From Deltaproteobacteria bacterium (GTDB lineage Bacteria > Myxococcota_A > Polyangia > Polyangiales > Houyiibacteriaceae), in NCBI GenBank assembly GCA_034670305.1, contig JAXMNT010000006.1, positions 96,001 through 160,000 on the forward strand: DNA of 64,000 nucleotides, given 5' to 3'. Position numbers and translations under genes: made by a program. Within the stretch, counting starts at the first letter, position 1; each line of letters opens with the position of its first letter. This document shows positions 39,223 through 50,031 of the stretch, in pieces. A model generated the notes under the pieces. It saw only the letters and a list, made by a program, of their open reading frames with translations. It made no database searches and was not told the origin of the DNA.

Positions 39223-39274
39223 CGAGGATCGTGATAGCAGCGCACCCGCCGGAAGGCGAGTCGTATTGGGGCCG

Positions 39275-39456
39275 TGCCCTTGCCCGTGCCCTTGCCCGTG
39301 CCCCTTGCCCGTGCCCTTGCCCGTGCCCTTGCCCTCGGTGCGAGTCGAAGCCGAAGCCGATGCCGATGCCGATGCCGATGCCGATGCCGATTCCGATGGC
39401 GACGCCGACGCCGATGCCGATGCCGAAGCCGACGCCGATGCCGATGCCGATGCCGT
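39275..39456. repeat. (GCCCKT)n plus (GCCGAN)n hexamer tract between divergent genes
   Basis: Direct reading. Confidence 0.95.
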
Positions 39457-39525
39457 GCGCTGGGCCGGCAATTGCCGCCGGTTTGGGGCGCGGAACGGGC
39501 TCGGATGCTAGACTTGGCCGTGTAG

Positions 39526-40134
39526 ATGACGACCGTCACCGAAGCCGCCAAAATTTTCCTCACCGATGATGAGAACGCCGCGCTCGAGGAGGGTGACCTC
39601 GACCGAATTTGCGCGGATCCCGCGCTGGCGCAGCGCATGGCGCGCAAGCTCGTCGCGTTGGCCCGCAAGACGATGCCGAACCGCGAGTGGACGCCGGAGG
39701 ATCTGCGCGACGTGCTCGAGGTGGCGGTGCATGGGACGCCACAGAAGGCTGCGCGGCTGCTCGAGGGGCGGTACTTTCGCAAGCGGCTGCGTGAGCAGAT
39801 CAACCTCGCCGACCGGTATGGAGACACGTTCGCGGTGGTCGTGCTCTCCATGGTCGAAGGGGTGGGCCAGGAGGTCTACACCTCGGTGCTGGACGCGGTG
39901 ACGGAGCGGCTTCGGCGGACCGACATGGTCTTCCTCTACCGCCGCCGATTCGCGCTCGTGCTGCCCCGCATGCGGGTCGCGTCGCTCGAACCGCTGCTCG
40001 AGCGGGTGCTGGCGCTGATCGCGGTGGGCGCAGGGTCGCAGGCGCTCGAGAGCATCCACTCCCTGGTTTATCCAGAGAGCACCATCGAGGACGGCACCGA
40101 AGTGCTCGACTGGGCGGAAGACCAGCTGCGCTGA
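39526..40134 (+). CDS. Protein with a degenerate GGDEF-like domain
   Basis: RYF.KRL.E.I..A.RY...F.VV, then LRRTD.V..Y....F..VLP; GGDEF motif replaced by RRR. Confidence 0.65.
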   Translation: MTTVTEAAKIFLTDDENAALEEGDLDRICADPALAQRMARKLVALARKTMPNREWTPEDLRDVLEVAVHGTPQKAARLLEGRYFRKRLREQINLADRYGDTFAVVVLSMVEGVGQEVYTSVLDAVTERLRRTDMVFLYRRRFALVLPRMRVASLEPLLERVLALIAVGAGSQALESIHSLVYPESTIEDGTEVLDWAEDQLR

Positions 40135-40151
40135 CAGCGCGCGCGCGCTGT

Positions 40152-40185
40152 CCCCTTGCCCTTGCCCTTGCCCCTGCCCCTGCCC
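40152..40185. repeat. Short (CCCTTG/CCCCTG)n tract between convergent genes
   Basis: Direct reading. Confidence 0.8.
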
Positions 40186-40234
40186 TCGATTCAGGCGAGT
40201 TCAAGGCTCTGCCTCCTTCGCGGCGTTTGCCCGG

Positions 40235-41056
40235 CTACCGCCGGTCCAGCAAGAGCAGCAGCTTCGTCGCGCGCGCGTTGCCCGGTTCGATCACCAGCAC
40301 CTGCTCGAGTGCGGCGCGCATGCCCATGACGTTGCGCCGTTCGAAGAGCGCGCTCGCCAACCGGAAGAGACAGTCACGCGCGGCCGGCAGGCTCCCGCTC
40401 TGCAGATGAAACTCGGCGATGCGTCGCAGGAGCAAAAGATCCCGCGGGTAGGCCGCGATGAGGCGCTCGAGGCGGTCGGCGACTTCTTCCTTGTGGCCGT
40501 ACCGGAGCAGGACCGGCATGTCCTTCATGACCCGCTCGAGTTCGCGGGGCGGGATCTCACCGTCCTCGCTGGCTTCGGGCAGTGGTGCGGCCGGTGGGTG
40601 CACGCTCTTGACGTCGGGCACGAGTCGTTCGGCCTCGAGGCGCTGGGAGGTGGAGCCGCCGCCATGCGCGACCGGATCCAGCGCGGCCATGGCGGCCGGG
40701 GTCATCGCGGGGGGAGGGCGGGTGCTCGGCCGAGTGAGCAGAAGCGGCTCCGGTTCGAGTTCTTCCTCGAGCTCGCGCCGCAGCTCGTCGCCGACTTCGG
40801 GCGGCCCGAACACCTTCGGTGACGCGGGCTGTCCAGTGATCGGCACGACGCCGAGGCTGACCACCGGCGGAGGTGCCAGGGCCAACGATTCGACCACCGC
40901 CTCGGGCGTGGTCCCCTCGGCTTCGAACCCTTCGTCGCGCGCGTCCGCCCGGCGGGTGCGGGCCTGGCGGGAGAGGGCGTTGGCGTTCCGCACGAAGGCT
41001 TGAAAGGTGATCTCCACGTCGGGGAGGGTCATCAAGCGCTCGGTCGCGGTGGCCAT
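40235..41056 (-). CDS. Hypothetical protein with a C-terminal TPR-like region
   Basis: Disordered P/E-rich N-terminus; ALEQVLVIEPGNARA TPR-like helix pair. Confidence 0.65.
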   Translation of the reverse strand: MATATERLMTLPDVEITFQAFVRNANALSRQARTRRADARDEGFEAEGTTPEAVVESLALAPPPVVSLGVVPITGQPASPKVFGPPEVGDELRRELEEELEPEPLLLTRPSTRPPPAMTPAAMAALDPVAHGGGSTSQRLEAERLVPDVKSVHPPAAPLPEASEDGEIPPRELERVMKDMPVLLRYGHKEEVADRLERLIAAYPRDLLLLRRIAEFHLQSGSLPAARDCLFRLASALFERRNVMGMRAALEQVLVIEPGNARATKLLLLLDRR

Positions 41057-41240
41057 GCCCATGTCATACGTGAGCCGCCGACATCGAACAACCACGGCGA
41101 CGGCCTCGCGGTGCAAACGCCTTCCGAATCACCACTGATCCTTGCGCGGCGGGCCCTCGCCCGCCTATACCAGCACCCCTGAACGGCGGTACAGGATCCG
41201 CCCCCGAGGCCGCCCACCTGGCCTCCCTCGTCGACCCCAC

Positions 41241-43607
41241 ATGGCACGGAAGAAAAAGAGCGCTCCCCAGCAGGAGCTCACGCTGGCCCCGTTCGAAGAT
41301 GCCTCGTTCAAGGACGAGCTCGAACGCCGCTACCTCACGTACGCGCTGAGCGTCATCACCAGCCGGGCACTCCCCGACGTGCGGGATGGGCTCAAACCCG
41401 TGCAGCGCCGCATCCTCTACACGATGTGGAACGAGCTGCGTCTGCGCAGCGACGCCAAACCTCGCAAGAGCGCGGCCATCGTCGGTGACGTGATGGGCAA
41501 GTTCCACCCGCACGGCGACGGCGCGCTCTACGACGCACTCGTGCGCATGGCGCAGCCCTTCACCATGCGTGCCCCGCTCGTGGACGGACAAGGCAACTTC
41601 GGTTCGCCCGATGGCGACTCCGCCGCGGCCATGCGGTACACGGAGGCGCGGCTGCAGAAACTCGCCGACGAGCTGCTCGGCGAGCTCGGCAAGAAGACCG
41701 TTCCGTTCCGACCGAACTACGACGGCACCCGCTTCGAACCAGTGGTGCTTCCGGCCGGCTACCCGAACCTGCTCGTCAACGGCGTGCAGGGCATCGCGGT
41801 CGGCATGGCGACGTCGATCCCGCCGCACAACTTCAGCGAAGTCGTCCGTGCCGCGATCCGCATGATCGACGAGCCGGAGATCTCGACGAAGAACCTTCTG
41901 CGCACCATCAAGGGCCCCGACTTCCCGACGGGTGGTCAGCTCATCAGCACCCGCGACGAGATCGCGGCCGTGTACGAGACGGGGCGCGGCACGCTCAAGC
42001 TGCGCGGCGACTGGGTGCTCGAGAAGCCGAAGTCCAAACGCGACAACCCCTCGCTTGTGGTCACGTCGCTCCCGTACGACGTGAAACGCGGCGCCGCGAT
42101 CGAGAAGATCGCGGAGATCATCATCGCCCGAAAGCTGCCCGGCTTGCTCGATGTGCGCGACGAATCCACCGACGACTGCCGCGTGGTCATGGAGCTCAAG
42201 AAGGGGACCGACCCGCAGCTCGTGATGGCGTACCTCTACAAGCGCACCCCGCTTCAGACGACCGTCAGCGTGGACATGACGGCGCTCGTGCCCACGAACC
42301 ACCCGGACATGCCAGCCCCGCGCCGGCTCTCGCTGTCCGAGGTGCTCCGCCACTTCCTCGACTTCCGGATGGAGGTCGTCACCGCGCGCCTGCAGTTCGA
42401 CTTCGACAAGCTGAACGAACGCATCCACATCCTGGATGGGTTTGCGACCGTCTTCGACGTGCTCGACGAGACCATTCGGATCATCCGGCGGTCGAACGAC
42501 AAAGCGGATGCGGCCAAGAAGCTCATCAAACGTTTCGAGCTCTCCGAGCTTCAGGTCGACGCGATCCTCGAGTTGCGGCTGCACCGGCTGGCCAAGCTGC
42601 AGATCCTGCTCATCCGAGAGGAACTCGACGAGAAGACCAAAGAGGCCAAACGCATCGGGCAGCTGCTCAGCAGCCAGCCGGCGCGATGGAAACTCATTCG
42701 CGCCGAGCTGCACGAACTCGAGCAGAACTACGGCGACCTGCGCCGCACCCGGATCGTGAAAGAACTCGACGAGCCCGAGTTCGACGCCGAAGACTTCATC
42801 GTCGACGAAGACGCGATGGTGGTGCTCACCCAGCAGGGCTGGCTCAAACGCCAGAAGGTCGTCAAAGACGTGTCGACGACCCGGGTGCGCGACGGAGACC
42901 AAGTGCTCGAAGTGGTCGCGGGTTCCACGCGCAGCGCGGTCGCGTTCTTCTCGTCGACCGGCGTCTGCTATGTGACGCGGCTCGTCGACATCCCGGCGAC
43001 CACCGGATACGGCAGCCCGGTCCAGTCGTTCTTCAAGATGAAGGATGGCGAACGCATCGTCGCGATGTTCGGTATGGACCCGCGCTTTCTGGAAGTGCCG
43101 GAGCCGACGCCCGACACCGAGCCGGAGTGGCCGTACTGCGTCGCGGTGTTGCGCGATGGCAACGCGCTCCGATTCAGTCTGCGCGGTCACCGGGAGCCCT
43201 CGACCCGCGCAGGACGCAAGTACGCGCGGCCTGGCAAGGGCGACGAGGTGGTGTTCGTCGGCCTCGTCGAAGAGGGCGACCACGTGGCGTGTGCGACCCG
43301 CGATCGACGCGCGCTCATCTGCGACGCCGAAGAGATCTCGATCTTGAGCGGCCCCGGCAAGGGCGTGCGGCTCATCAAGTTGCAGAAGAAAGACTACGTG
43401 CTGGCGGCCGCGGTGCTCACCTCCGAGCAGGACGCACTGATCGTGAAGCGTGCGAAGGGCGGCAAGGAGCACCGCATCACGCTGCGCCGCTACGAGGCCA
43501 TCAGCCGCGGCGGCAAGGGCCGCGAACTGTTCAAGACCGGCGCCGTGGGTGAGTGGGTTCTGCAAGAGCCGACGCTTCCGGGCTTCCCCGCCCCCGAGGA
43601 TGAGTGA
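41241..43607 (+). CDS. parC: Type IIA topoisomerase subunit A, probably topoisomerase IV
   Basis: [29 protein letters not shown] (catalytic Tyr), [13 protein letters not shown]; no canonical GyrA box at the start of the CTD. Confidence 0.85.
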   Translation: MARKKKSAPQQELTLAPFEDASFKDELERRYLTYALSVITSRALPDVRDGLKPVQRRILYTMWNELRLRSDAKPRKSAAIVGDVMGKFHPHGDGALYDALVRMAQPFTMRAPLVDGQGNFGSPDGDSAAAMRYTEARLQKLADELLGELGKKTVPFRPNYDGTRFEPVVLPAGYPNLLVNGVQGIAVGMATSIPPHNFSEVVRAAIRMIDEPEISTKNLLRTIKGPDFPTGGQLISTRDEIAAVYETGRGTLKLRGDWVLEKPKSKRDNPSLVVTSLPYDVKRGAAIEKIAEIIIARKLPGLLDVRDESTDDCRVVMELKKGTDPQLVMAYLYKRTPLQTTVSVDMTALVPTNHPDMPAPRRLSLSEVLRHFLDFRMEVVTARLQFDFDKLNERIHILDGFATVFDVLDETIRIIRRSNDKADAAKKLIKRFELSELQVDAILELRLHRLAKLQILLIREELDEKTKEAKRIGQLLSSQPARWKLIRAELHELEQNYGDLRRTRIVKELDEPEFDAEDFIVDEDAMVVLTQQGWLKRQKVVKDVSTTRVRDGDQVLEVVAGSTRSAVAFFSSTGVCYVTRLVDIPATTGYGSPVQSFFKMKDGERIVAMFGMDPRFLEVPEPTPDTEPEWPYCVAVLRDGNALRFSLRGHREPSTRAGRKYARPGKGDEVVFVGLVEEGDHVACATRDRRALICDAEEISILSGPGKGVRLIKLQKKDYVLAAAVLTSEQDALIVKRAKGGKEHRITLRRYEAISRGGKGRELFKTGAVGEWVLQEPTLPGFPAPEDE

Positions 43608-45514
43608 TGGGATACGACGCCAAAGACATCGACGTACTCGAAGGACTCGAGCCCGTCCGCGAACGCCCCGGCATGTACATCGGCGGCACCGACAGCGCCG
43701 GCTACCACCACCTCTTGTGGGAGGTCGTCGACAACTGCGTCGACGAGGCGATGAACGGGCACGCCACGCGGATCGAAGTCGAACTCGACGCGGACCTCAA
43801 AGGCGCGACGGTCGCCGACAACGGCCGCGGCATCCCGATCGACAAACACCCGAAGTTCAAGGTCCCGGCGCTCGAGCTCATCCTCACGAAGCTCCACTCG
43901 GGCGGCAAGTTCAAGGGCGGCGGCTACAAGGTGAGCGGCGGCCTGCACGGCGTGGGTGCGTCGGTCGTCAACGCACTCTCCGAAGAGATGACCGCGACGG
44001 TCTGGCGGGGCGGCGCGACCTACACGCAGAAGTATCGGCGGGGAAAGCCGACGACGAAGCTCAAGAAGGGCGGCAAGACCAGCAAACGCGGGACCCAGAT
44101 CCACTTCCGCCCCGACCCCAAGATCTTCACCGACAAGCTGAAGCTCGACGCGAAGAAGATCCGCGAGCGGCTCGAGGTGAAGAGCTACCTCCACAAGGGC
44201 CTGAAGATCGTCTTCAAGGATCACGCCGGCCAGCGCGAGGAGATGGAGCACGAGGGCGGTCTCGTGGAGTTCTTGGAGATGACGGTGCGGGGCACCGGCA
44301 AACCCGGCGTGCACGCCGACCCGTTCACGCTCGAGCGCGAACAGGACGGAGTGCGGGTCGAGCTCGCGATGCAGTGGACCGAGTCGCCGGACGAGCGCAT
44401 CGACTCCTTCGCGAACGGCATCCCGACCAGTGGCGGAGGCGCGCACGACAGCGGGCTCAAATCCGCGCTGAACAAAGCGATCCGCGGCTACATGGACGCG
44501 CTCGAAGTGAAGCTGCGCGGGGTGAAGATCAGCGCGGAGGACATCCGCGAAGGCCTCGTCGCGATCCTCAGTGTGTACGTCGAGGAGCCGCAGTTCCAGG
44601 GACAGACGAAGAACCGGCTGAACAACCCAGGCGTGGCCGGCAGCGTCGAAGGGGCGGTGCGCACCGCGCTTGAACAGTGGTTGCTCGACAACCGCTCGAC
44701 GGCCGAAGCGATCATCGCACGCATCGTGATCTCGGCGCGCGCCCGCGAGGCGAGCCGCGCCGCCATCAAGCAGGTCACCCGCAAGACCGCGGTCAGCCAT
44801 CGGCTCAACCTGCCCGGCAAACTCAGCGACTGTCAGACCACCGACCCGAGCGAAGCCGAGCTCTTCCTCGTCGAGGGCGACAGCGCGAGCGGCACCGCCA
44901 AGGTCGGTCGCGACCGGCGCACCCAGGCGATCCTCCCGCTGCGCGGCAAAGTGCTCAACGCCGAGCGCGCGAGCCGCGCCGCGGTGCTGGCGAACAAGGA
45001 ACTGCAGAACGTCGTCAACGCGCTCGGCTGCGGCATCGGCAAGTCGTTCGACATCAGCAAACTCCGCTACCACCGGGTGTTCCTGCTGATGGACGCGGAC
45101 GCCGACGGACACCACATCGCGACGCTGCTCTTGACCTTCTTCTACCGGATGATGCCGGCGCTGATCCGCCAGGGACACATCTTCCTCGCGATGCCGCCGC
45201 TCTACCGCATCGACGTCGCGAAGGAGACGCACTGGGCGCTCGACGAAGTGGACCGAGACCGGATCCTCAAGTCGCTGCCGAAGAACGCGAAGGTCGACAT
45301 CAGCCGCTTCAAGGGCCTCGGTGAGATGCCGGCGGAAGACCTGAAGCTGACGACGCTCGACCCGCACCGGCGCCGCGCGCTGCGCGTGGTCATCGAAGGG
45401 GAACTCGAGACCGACGCGTCCTTGAGCGACCTGATGGGCAAAGACGCGAGCGCCCGCTACCGCTTCATCATGGACCGAGCCCTCGACGCCGAAGCCGCCG
45501 CGCTCGACCTCTGA
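43607..45514 (+). CDS. parE: Type IIA topoisomerase subunit B, probably topoisomerase IV
   Basis: EGLEPVR.RPGMYIG, DNGRGIP, GGLHGVG, EGDSA, PLRGKVLN, DADADG, RFKGLGEM; start overlaps the subunit A stop. Confidence 0.85.
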   Translation: MGYDAKDIDVLEGLEPVRERPGMYIGGTDSAGYHHLLWEVVDNCVDEAMNGHATRIEVELDADLKGATVADNGRGIPIDKHPKFKVPALELILTKLHSGGKFKGGGYKVSGGLHGVGASVVNALSEEMTATVWRGGATYTQKYRRGKPTTKLKKGGKTSKRGTQIHFRPDPKIFTDKLKLDAKKIRERLEVKSYLHKGLKIVFKDHAGQREEMEHEGGLVEFLEMTVRGTGKPGVHADPFTLEREQDGVRVELAMQWTESPDERIDSFANGIPTSGGGAHDSGLKSALNKAIRGYMDALEVKLRGVKISAEDIREGLVAILSVYVEEPQFQGQTKNRLNNPGVAGSVEGAVRTALEQWLLDNRSTAEAIIARIVISARAREASRAAIKQVTRKTAVSHRLNLPGKLSDCQTTDPSEAELFLVEGDSASGTAKVGRDRRTQAILPLRGKVLNAERASRAAVLANKELQNVVNALGCGIGKSFDISKLRYHRVFLLMDADADGHHIATLLLTFFYRMMPALIRQGHIFLAMPPLYRIDVAKETHWALDEVDRDRILKSLPKNAKVDISRFKGLGEMPAEDLKLTTLDPHRRRALRVVIEGELETDASLSDLMGKDASARYRFIMDRALDAEAAALDL

Positions 45515-45584
45515 CCCATTCGCAGTCCGTCTGCGCCTACCCCCATTTTCTGTCAGCCCGCCGCCAGAACGGCACAGCGCGCTC

Positions 45585-46883
45585 TCAGAAGACTCTGTGG
45601 ATCACGACCGGGCCTTCGGGGTGCGCGAACACGATGCCGGTTTCGGTGGTCGTGAAGCGCACGGTGTCGTCTTCGCCGAGGTACGCGGGCGCCACGCCGA
45701 GCGCGACGGCGTCGGCGTCGTCGACGACGTCGATGCGGCTGCCGGAGACGTCGGTGCGCCCGGTCACGGCGAGAAGTCCCGCGCCGCTGAGGATCTGCCA
45801 CGTGCCGTCATGGGTCCCATCGCCATCGAGCACCACGACCGAACCGCCGCCATCCAGGAAAGAGGTGAGGGCGGTCGACCAGCTCGCACCGAGCGCGAGC
45901 AAGGTGGCGTCGTCGGCGTCCTCCTGGGCGTAGATGAGGAAGGTGTCCACCGAGGCGAGTTCGGCGGGCACGGCGTCCGGTCCAGCGCTCACGATTCGGT
46001 TCCAGCTGCCGCGTTCGTTGAGCGCGCGGTCGGCGCCGCTCGTGTTGCCCGCGTCCACGTCGTAGACGAGCACCTCGAGGTCGTCGGCGGGGTCTCCGTC
46101 CACCGCGTCCGAGAGGAACGCGGCGTTGCCCGCGATGCGGCGCATCGCGCGCCGGGAGACTCGGTAGTTGTGTCCGATCAGCACGACGTGCCCAGGCGGT
46201 CCATCGCTGCACATGCCGTCGATGCAGATGCCGGTGGCACAGCTGCGGTTGCAGCGGCCGCAGTGATCCGGGTCGGTCTGGAGATCGACGCACAGACCAT
46301 CGCAAAGCGTGAGGGGCGGGTCGCAGATGAGCGCGCAGACCCCGTCGGCGCAGACTTCGTCGGCCTCGCACCGGATGCCGCAAGCGCCGCAGTGGTTCGG
46401 GTCTCGGTTGGTCCGGACACAGGAGCCCATGCAGCACTCTTCGCCGAGCTCGCACATGCACATGCCGCCGCCGCCGTCGCCGCCGTCGACGTCGCCGCCC
46501 CCACCGTCGCCGCCGTCGCCGAGGTCGCCGTCTCGGACTTCGCCGTCCAGGAGCTCACCGTCGAGCCGCGGGTTCGGTGCGTCGTTCGGTCCGATGTCGC
46601 GCGCGTCCATGTTCGCGTCGCGTGGCCCAGCATCGAGCATACCGGTGTCGATGCTGGAGCGGCAGATGCCGTCGAAGCAGGAATCGCCCACTTCGCAACG
46701 GACCCCACAGGCGCCGCAGTGGTCGCGGCTGGTCTCGGTGTTGGTGCAGACGCCTTCGCAGATCAGGATGCCTTCGGCGCATTCGGCGCCGACGATGGGG
46801 CTGGCGCAGCCGGCGGCGATCGTCCACCCGCCCAAGAGCGCCAGCCATCGCATGCGCGACATCAAGTGTGTTTCCGTCTGCAT
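45585..46883 (-). CDS. Cys-rich lipoprotein (myxobacterial CxDxxxDPxHCGxC repeats)
   Basis: IAAGC lipobox; three HCG.C modules; TGATG coupling to the OmpA gene. Confidence 0.8.
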   Translation of the reverse strand: MQTETHLMSRMRWLALLGGWTIAAGCASPIVGAECAEGILICEGVCTNTETSRDHCGACGVRCEVGDSCFDGICRSSIDTGMLDAGPRDANMDARDIGPNDAPNPRLDGELLDGEVRDGDLGDGGDGGGGDVDGGDGGGGMCMCELGEECCMGSCVRTNRDPNHCGACGIRCEADEVCADGVCALICDPPLTLCDGLCVDLQTDPDHCGRCNRSCATGICIDGMCSDGPPGHVVLIGHNYRVSRRAMRRIAGNAAFLSDAVDGDPADDLEVLVYDVDAGNTSGADRALNERGSWNRIVSAGPDAVPAELASVDTFLIYAQEDADDATLLALGASWSTALTSFLDGGGSVVVLDGDGTHDGTWQILSGAGLLAVTGRTDVSGSRIDVVDDADAVALGVAPAYLGEDDTVRFTTTETGIVFAHPEGPVVIHRVF

Positions 46884-48280
46884 CAGTGTGCTCCCACCGG
46901 TCCGGTTTCGAACACGAGGTCGGGTTCGGCCGCGTTTCCAGTGTCGCCTTCGGGCGCTCGGCGCGCCACCACGACGAACTCCACCCGGCGGTTGCGCTGG
47001 TGCGCGCGCTCGGTCGTGCCTTCGTCCCGCAGACGATCGGTGCCGAATCCTGCGGACTCGAGCGTCGCCGAATCGATGCCGATGCGCACGAGCGCGCGCA
47101 TGACGTTTCGGGCCCGGCGCTGGCTCAGCGTGCGGTTGTAGTCTGCGTCGCCCCGCGCGTCGGCGTGGCCTTCAATCCGCATCCGCACCCACTCGGGGTG
47201 CTGTCGGACGAGCTCGGCGATGGCGGCCAAGACCGGCCGGGCTGCGCTCTTCACCCGGGCGCGCTGGAAGTCGAACAGGACGTGTTCTTCGAGCACGATG
47301 CGGTCGTCGATCATCTCGATGAGGCCTTCGTCCGGGCACCCGTCTTGGTCGTCCACGCCGTTGACCGTCTCCGGCTCGTCGGGGCAGCCGTCGTGGTCGT
47401 CGGGGAACCCGTCGTTGTCGTTGTCGAGGTCCGGACACCCGTCTTCGTCCTCGAACCCGTCGATGTCTTCGGGGTCGTCTGGGCATTCGTCGATCGTGTC
47501 GGGCCGGCGGTCTTGGTCGTTGTCGAGATCGGGGCAGCCGTCTTCGTCCTCGAACCCGTCGAAGTCCTCGGCTTGCTGGGGACACCCGTCTTCGGGATCC
47601 AAGTACCCGTCGCCGTCGGTGTCCGGGGTCGGGTCGTCCGGGCGTTCGTCTTCCGGGAGATCCTCGATCGATCGCGCGTCGAGGAACGTGAGTTCGAGCC
47701 CAATGGAGATCATGCGTGCGTCGTGCGGCTCGAGCAGGTCGTTGGGCTGAAACACCTGGAGGTAACGGACCACCGGCGCGAGGTCGATCTTGCCGAGCTT
47801 GAAGCCGTAGCCGATGCCGATGTCCATCACCGCGCGGATGTGGGTGGCGCCGGTGATGGTCCCGCCGGCGCCGGCCTCCAGGAAGAAGCCTGTGCCGCGG
47901 CTTGGGTCGTCGGTTCGAAAGAAAGGCCGCAGCCGCAGGGCGAGCGTCAGGGTGGAGAAGGTGCCGAGGCCCGGATCGACGAACTCTTCTTGGTCCGGCG
48001 CGGGGCCATCGAAGAGAAAGCCGCCCCGTACCCGTGCGCCCAGCAGGAACGCCGGGTGAAGCGAGCGGAACACGCTCAGCGAACCCGCCAGACCCGGGCC
48101 GAACCAGCTGCGCTGAGGTTCCGAGAGCGGAACCACGACCTCGGGTTCGATCTGGAGCAGCCAGATCTCGTCGGCAGCGGCTCGGGGTGGGGCGGCGAGG
48201 CTGAATCCGCAGGCGGCCGCAACGACCAGTCCCGCAATCCATCTCGTACCCCGCTCAGTTCGTCCTCGATCGGTGTACAC
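46883..48280 (-). CDS. OmpA-family protein with thrombospondin type 3-like repeats
   Basis: DGFEDEDGCPD repeats; IEGHAD..G...YN..LS.RRA, NRRVEF. Confidence 0.9.
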   Translation of the reverse strand: MYTDRGRTERGTRWIAGLVVAAACGFSLAAPPRAAADEIWLLQIEPEVVVPLSEPQRSWFGPGLAGSLSVFRSLHPAFLLGARVRGGFLFDGPAPDQEEFVDPGLGTFSTLTLALRLRPFFRTDDPSRGTGFFLEAGAGGTITGATHIRAVMDIGIGYGFKLGKIDLAPVVRYLQVFQPNDLLEPHDARMISIGLELTFLDARSIEDLPEDERPDDPTPDTDGDGYLDPEDGCPQQAEDFDGFEDEDGCPDLDNDQDRRPDTIDECPDDPEDIDGFEDEDGCPDLDNDNDGFPDDHDGCPDEPETVNGVDDQDGCPDEGLIEMIDDRIVLEEHVLFDFQRARVKSAARPVLAAIAELVRQHPEWVRMRIEGHADARGDADYNRTLSQRRARNVMRALVRIGIDSATLESAGFGTDRLRDEGTTERAHQRNRRVEFVVVARRAPEGDTGNAAEPDLVFETGPVGAH

Positions 48281-48511
48281 GTACCAGCATTGTTCCTGAC
48301 GCATGTGTCCACTGGCAAGAGAACTGTGCAGTGGGGGAGTCCAGCTCTGCAGTCTGGGGCATCGGGACCCAGAACCTTCGGTGAACCGGGCCCTGGGTTC
48401 ACTTGAAGGTCCGGTTTTTTGACCGTTTCGGTCTCGCCGCGATAACCGGTTCCAGAAGCACTTGCTGAAGTCCGGGCGAGGACCAGCAATCCGAGTGCTC
48501 GGAGGAACTCC

Positions 48512-49648
48512 ATGACGACGATCAACGAGACGCGCGGGACCGCAGCGAGCTGTCACGTGTGCGAGAACGACTTCGCTGTCCGCTTTCGGTACCAGGTGCG
48601 CGAGGAAGCGAGCGGGTTCGTATACCTGTGTTCCACGCAGTGCCAGCGCGAGCACCTCATCGGTCCCAAGGCGCCCAACTGCACCACCTGCGGCAACGAG
48701 TTCGAGGTCGAGTACGCCTACCAGGTCGTCACCAGCGACGATCAGCGCGCCTACTTCTGCTCGATGGACTGCCGCACCACCCACGGCGAGCAGCTGACGC
48801 GGGCGACCGACACCCGCGCGCCTCGGCGCATCGCGGTGTTCAACCACAAGGGCGGCACGGGCAAGACGACCACCGCGATCAACATCGCCGCCGGTCTCGC
48901 AGAAACGGGCCGCCGGGTGCTGCTCGTCGATTGCGACGGGCAGGGCAACGTCGGCGCATCGCTCGGGATCCGCGGCGAGAAAACCCTCTACCACGTGCTC
49001 GTTCAGGGCACAGCGGTCGAAGAAGCCGTCGTGACGGTGCGGCAGAACCTCGACATCATCACGTCGAACGAGACCCTGGCCGCCGCGGAGCTGCACCTCG
49101 CGACCCAGCCCGCCCGCCACCGCATCCTTCGAGAGCGACTCGGCTCCAGGGTGCACGGCTACGACGTCGTCGTGCTCGACTGTGCGCCGGCGCTCTCGCT
49201 GATGAACCAGAACGCGCTCGTGTACGCGGACGGAGTCGTGGTGCCGGTGTCCTGCGACTACCTCTCGCTCGTCGGGGTCCGGCAGGTGCTGCGCACGCTC
49301 GGCGACGTGAAGCGCATCTTGAAACACGACGTCGAGATCATGGGCGTCGTGCCCACCTTCTACGACGTTCGAAACCGCATCTCCCGAGATGCGCTCACCG
49401 CCCTGCAGAAACACTTCAAAGACAAGTGCGCGCTGCCGGTGCGGGTGAACACGAAGCTCCGCGAGGCGCCGAGCGCCAAGCAGACGATCTTCGAGTACGC
49501 GCCCGGCAGCAATGGCGCGAAGGACTACCTGGCGTTGGTGGAGCGGCTTTTGCCGACGACCGGACAGGTGTTTGGGGACCAAGCGAAGGTGCAGGCCACC
49601 TTCGCGCGCGGCAGCGTGGCGCCGCAGCCCATGCCGAGGTCGGCATGA
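48512..49648 (+). CDS. ParA/Soj-family ATPase with two N-terminal TRASH/MYM-like Zn-finger motifs
   Basis: KGGTGKTT deviant Walker A, D.D.QGN, DCAP, L.EAPS; N-terminal CHVC..CSTQC and CTTC..CSMDC. Confidence 0.9.
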   Translation: MTTINETRGTAASCHVCENDFAVRFRYQVREEASGFVYLCSTQCQREHLIGPKAPNCTTCGNEFEVEYAYQVVTSDDQRAYFCSMDCRTTHGEQLTRATDTRAPRRIAVFNHKGGTGKTTTAINIAAGLAETGRRVLLVDCDGQGNVGASLGIRGEKTLYHVLVQGTAVEEAVVTVRQNLDIITSNETLAAAELHLATQPARHRILRERLGSRVHGYDVVVLDCAPALSLMNQNALVYADGVVVPVSCDYLSLVGVRQVLRTLGDVKRILKHDVEIMGVVPTFYDVRNRISRDALTALQKHFKDKCALPVRVNTKLREAPSAKQTIFEYAPGSNGAKDYLALVERLLPTTGQVFGDQAKVQATFARGSVAPQPMPRSA

Positions 49649-49690
49649 ATGTCAGGACCGAGACGGTGACCGGGCCGATGGAGACGAACG

Positions 49691-49996
49691 ATGGCGAGTG
49701 AAGCAATGGACGCCCTGCTTCAGGGCGACGAGGTCCGCGAGGTGCTTCGCGAGACGTTCTACGACGGGCCCAAGAAGGTGGAGCCGAAGGCGAAACCGAA
49801 ACGGGCCAAAGCCAAAAAGCCCAAGCCGGATCACTACCGAGTCATCTGCATCTCGATGTACGAGGACGACCTCGGGCGCCTCGACGCGGCGGTTGCGGAA
49901 CTCAAAGCCTCGGGCCATCGAAAGATGAGCCGCAGCGCACTCATCCGGTTCGCGCTCGACCAGATGAACGTCGAAGACCTCCCGAAGAGCTACTGA
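49691..49996 (+). CDS. Small protein with a C-terminal ribbon-helix-helix-like motif
   Basis: ICISMY..D...LD......K......SRSALIR.AL. Confidence 0.7.
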   Translation: MASEAMDALLQGDEVREVLRETFYDGPKKVEPKAKPKRAKAKKPKPDHYRVICISMYEDDLGRLDAAVAELKASGHRKMSRSALIRFALDQMNVEDLPKSY

Positions 49997-50031
49997 ACGT
50001 CGTTGGCGCGCAGACGCCCGCCAACGGTCCG

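Noticed and set aside
48305-48511. parS or iteron centromere upstream of the ParA gene
   Set aside because: No canonical parS palindrome or clear iteron series seen; only weak imperfect inverted repeats
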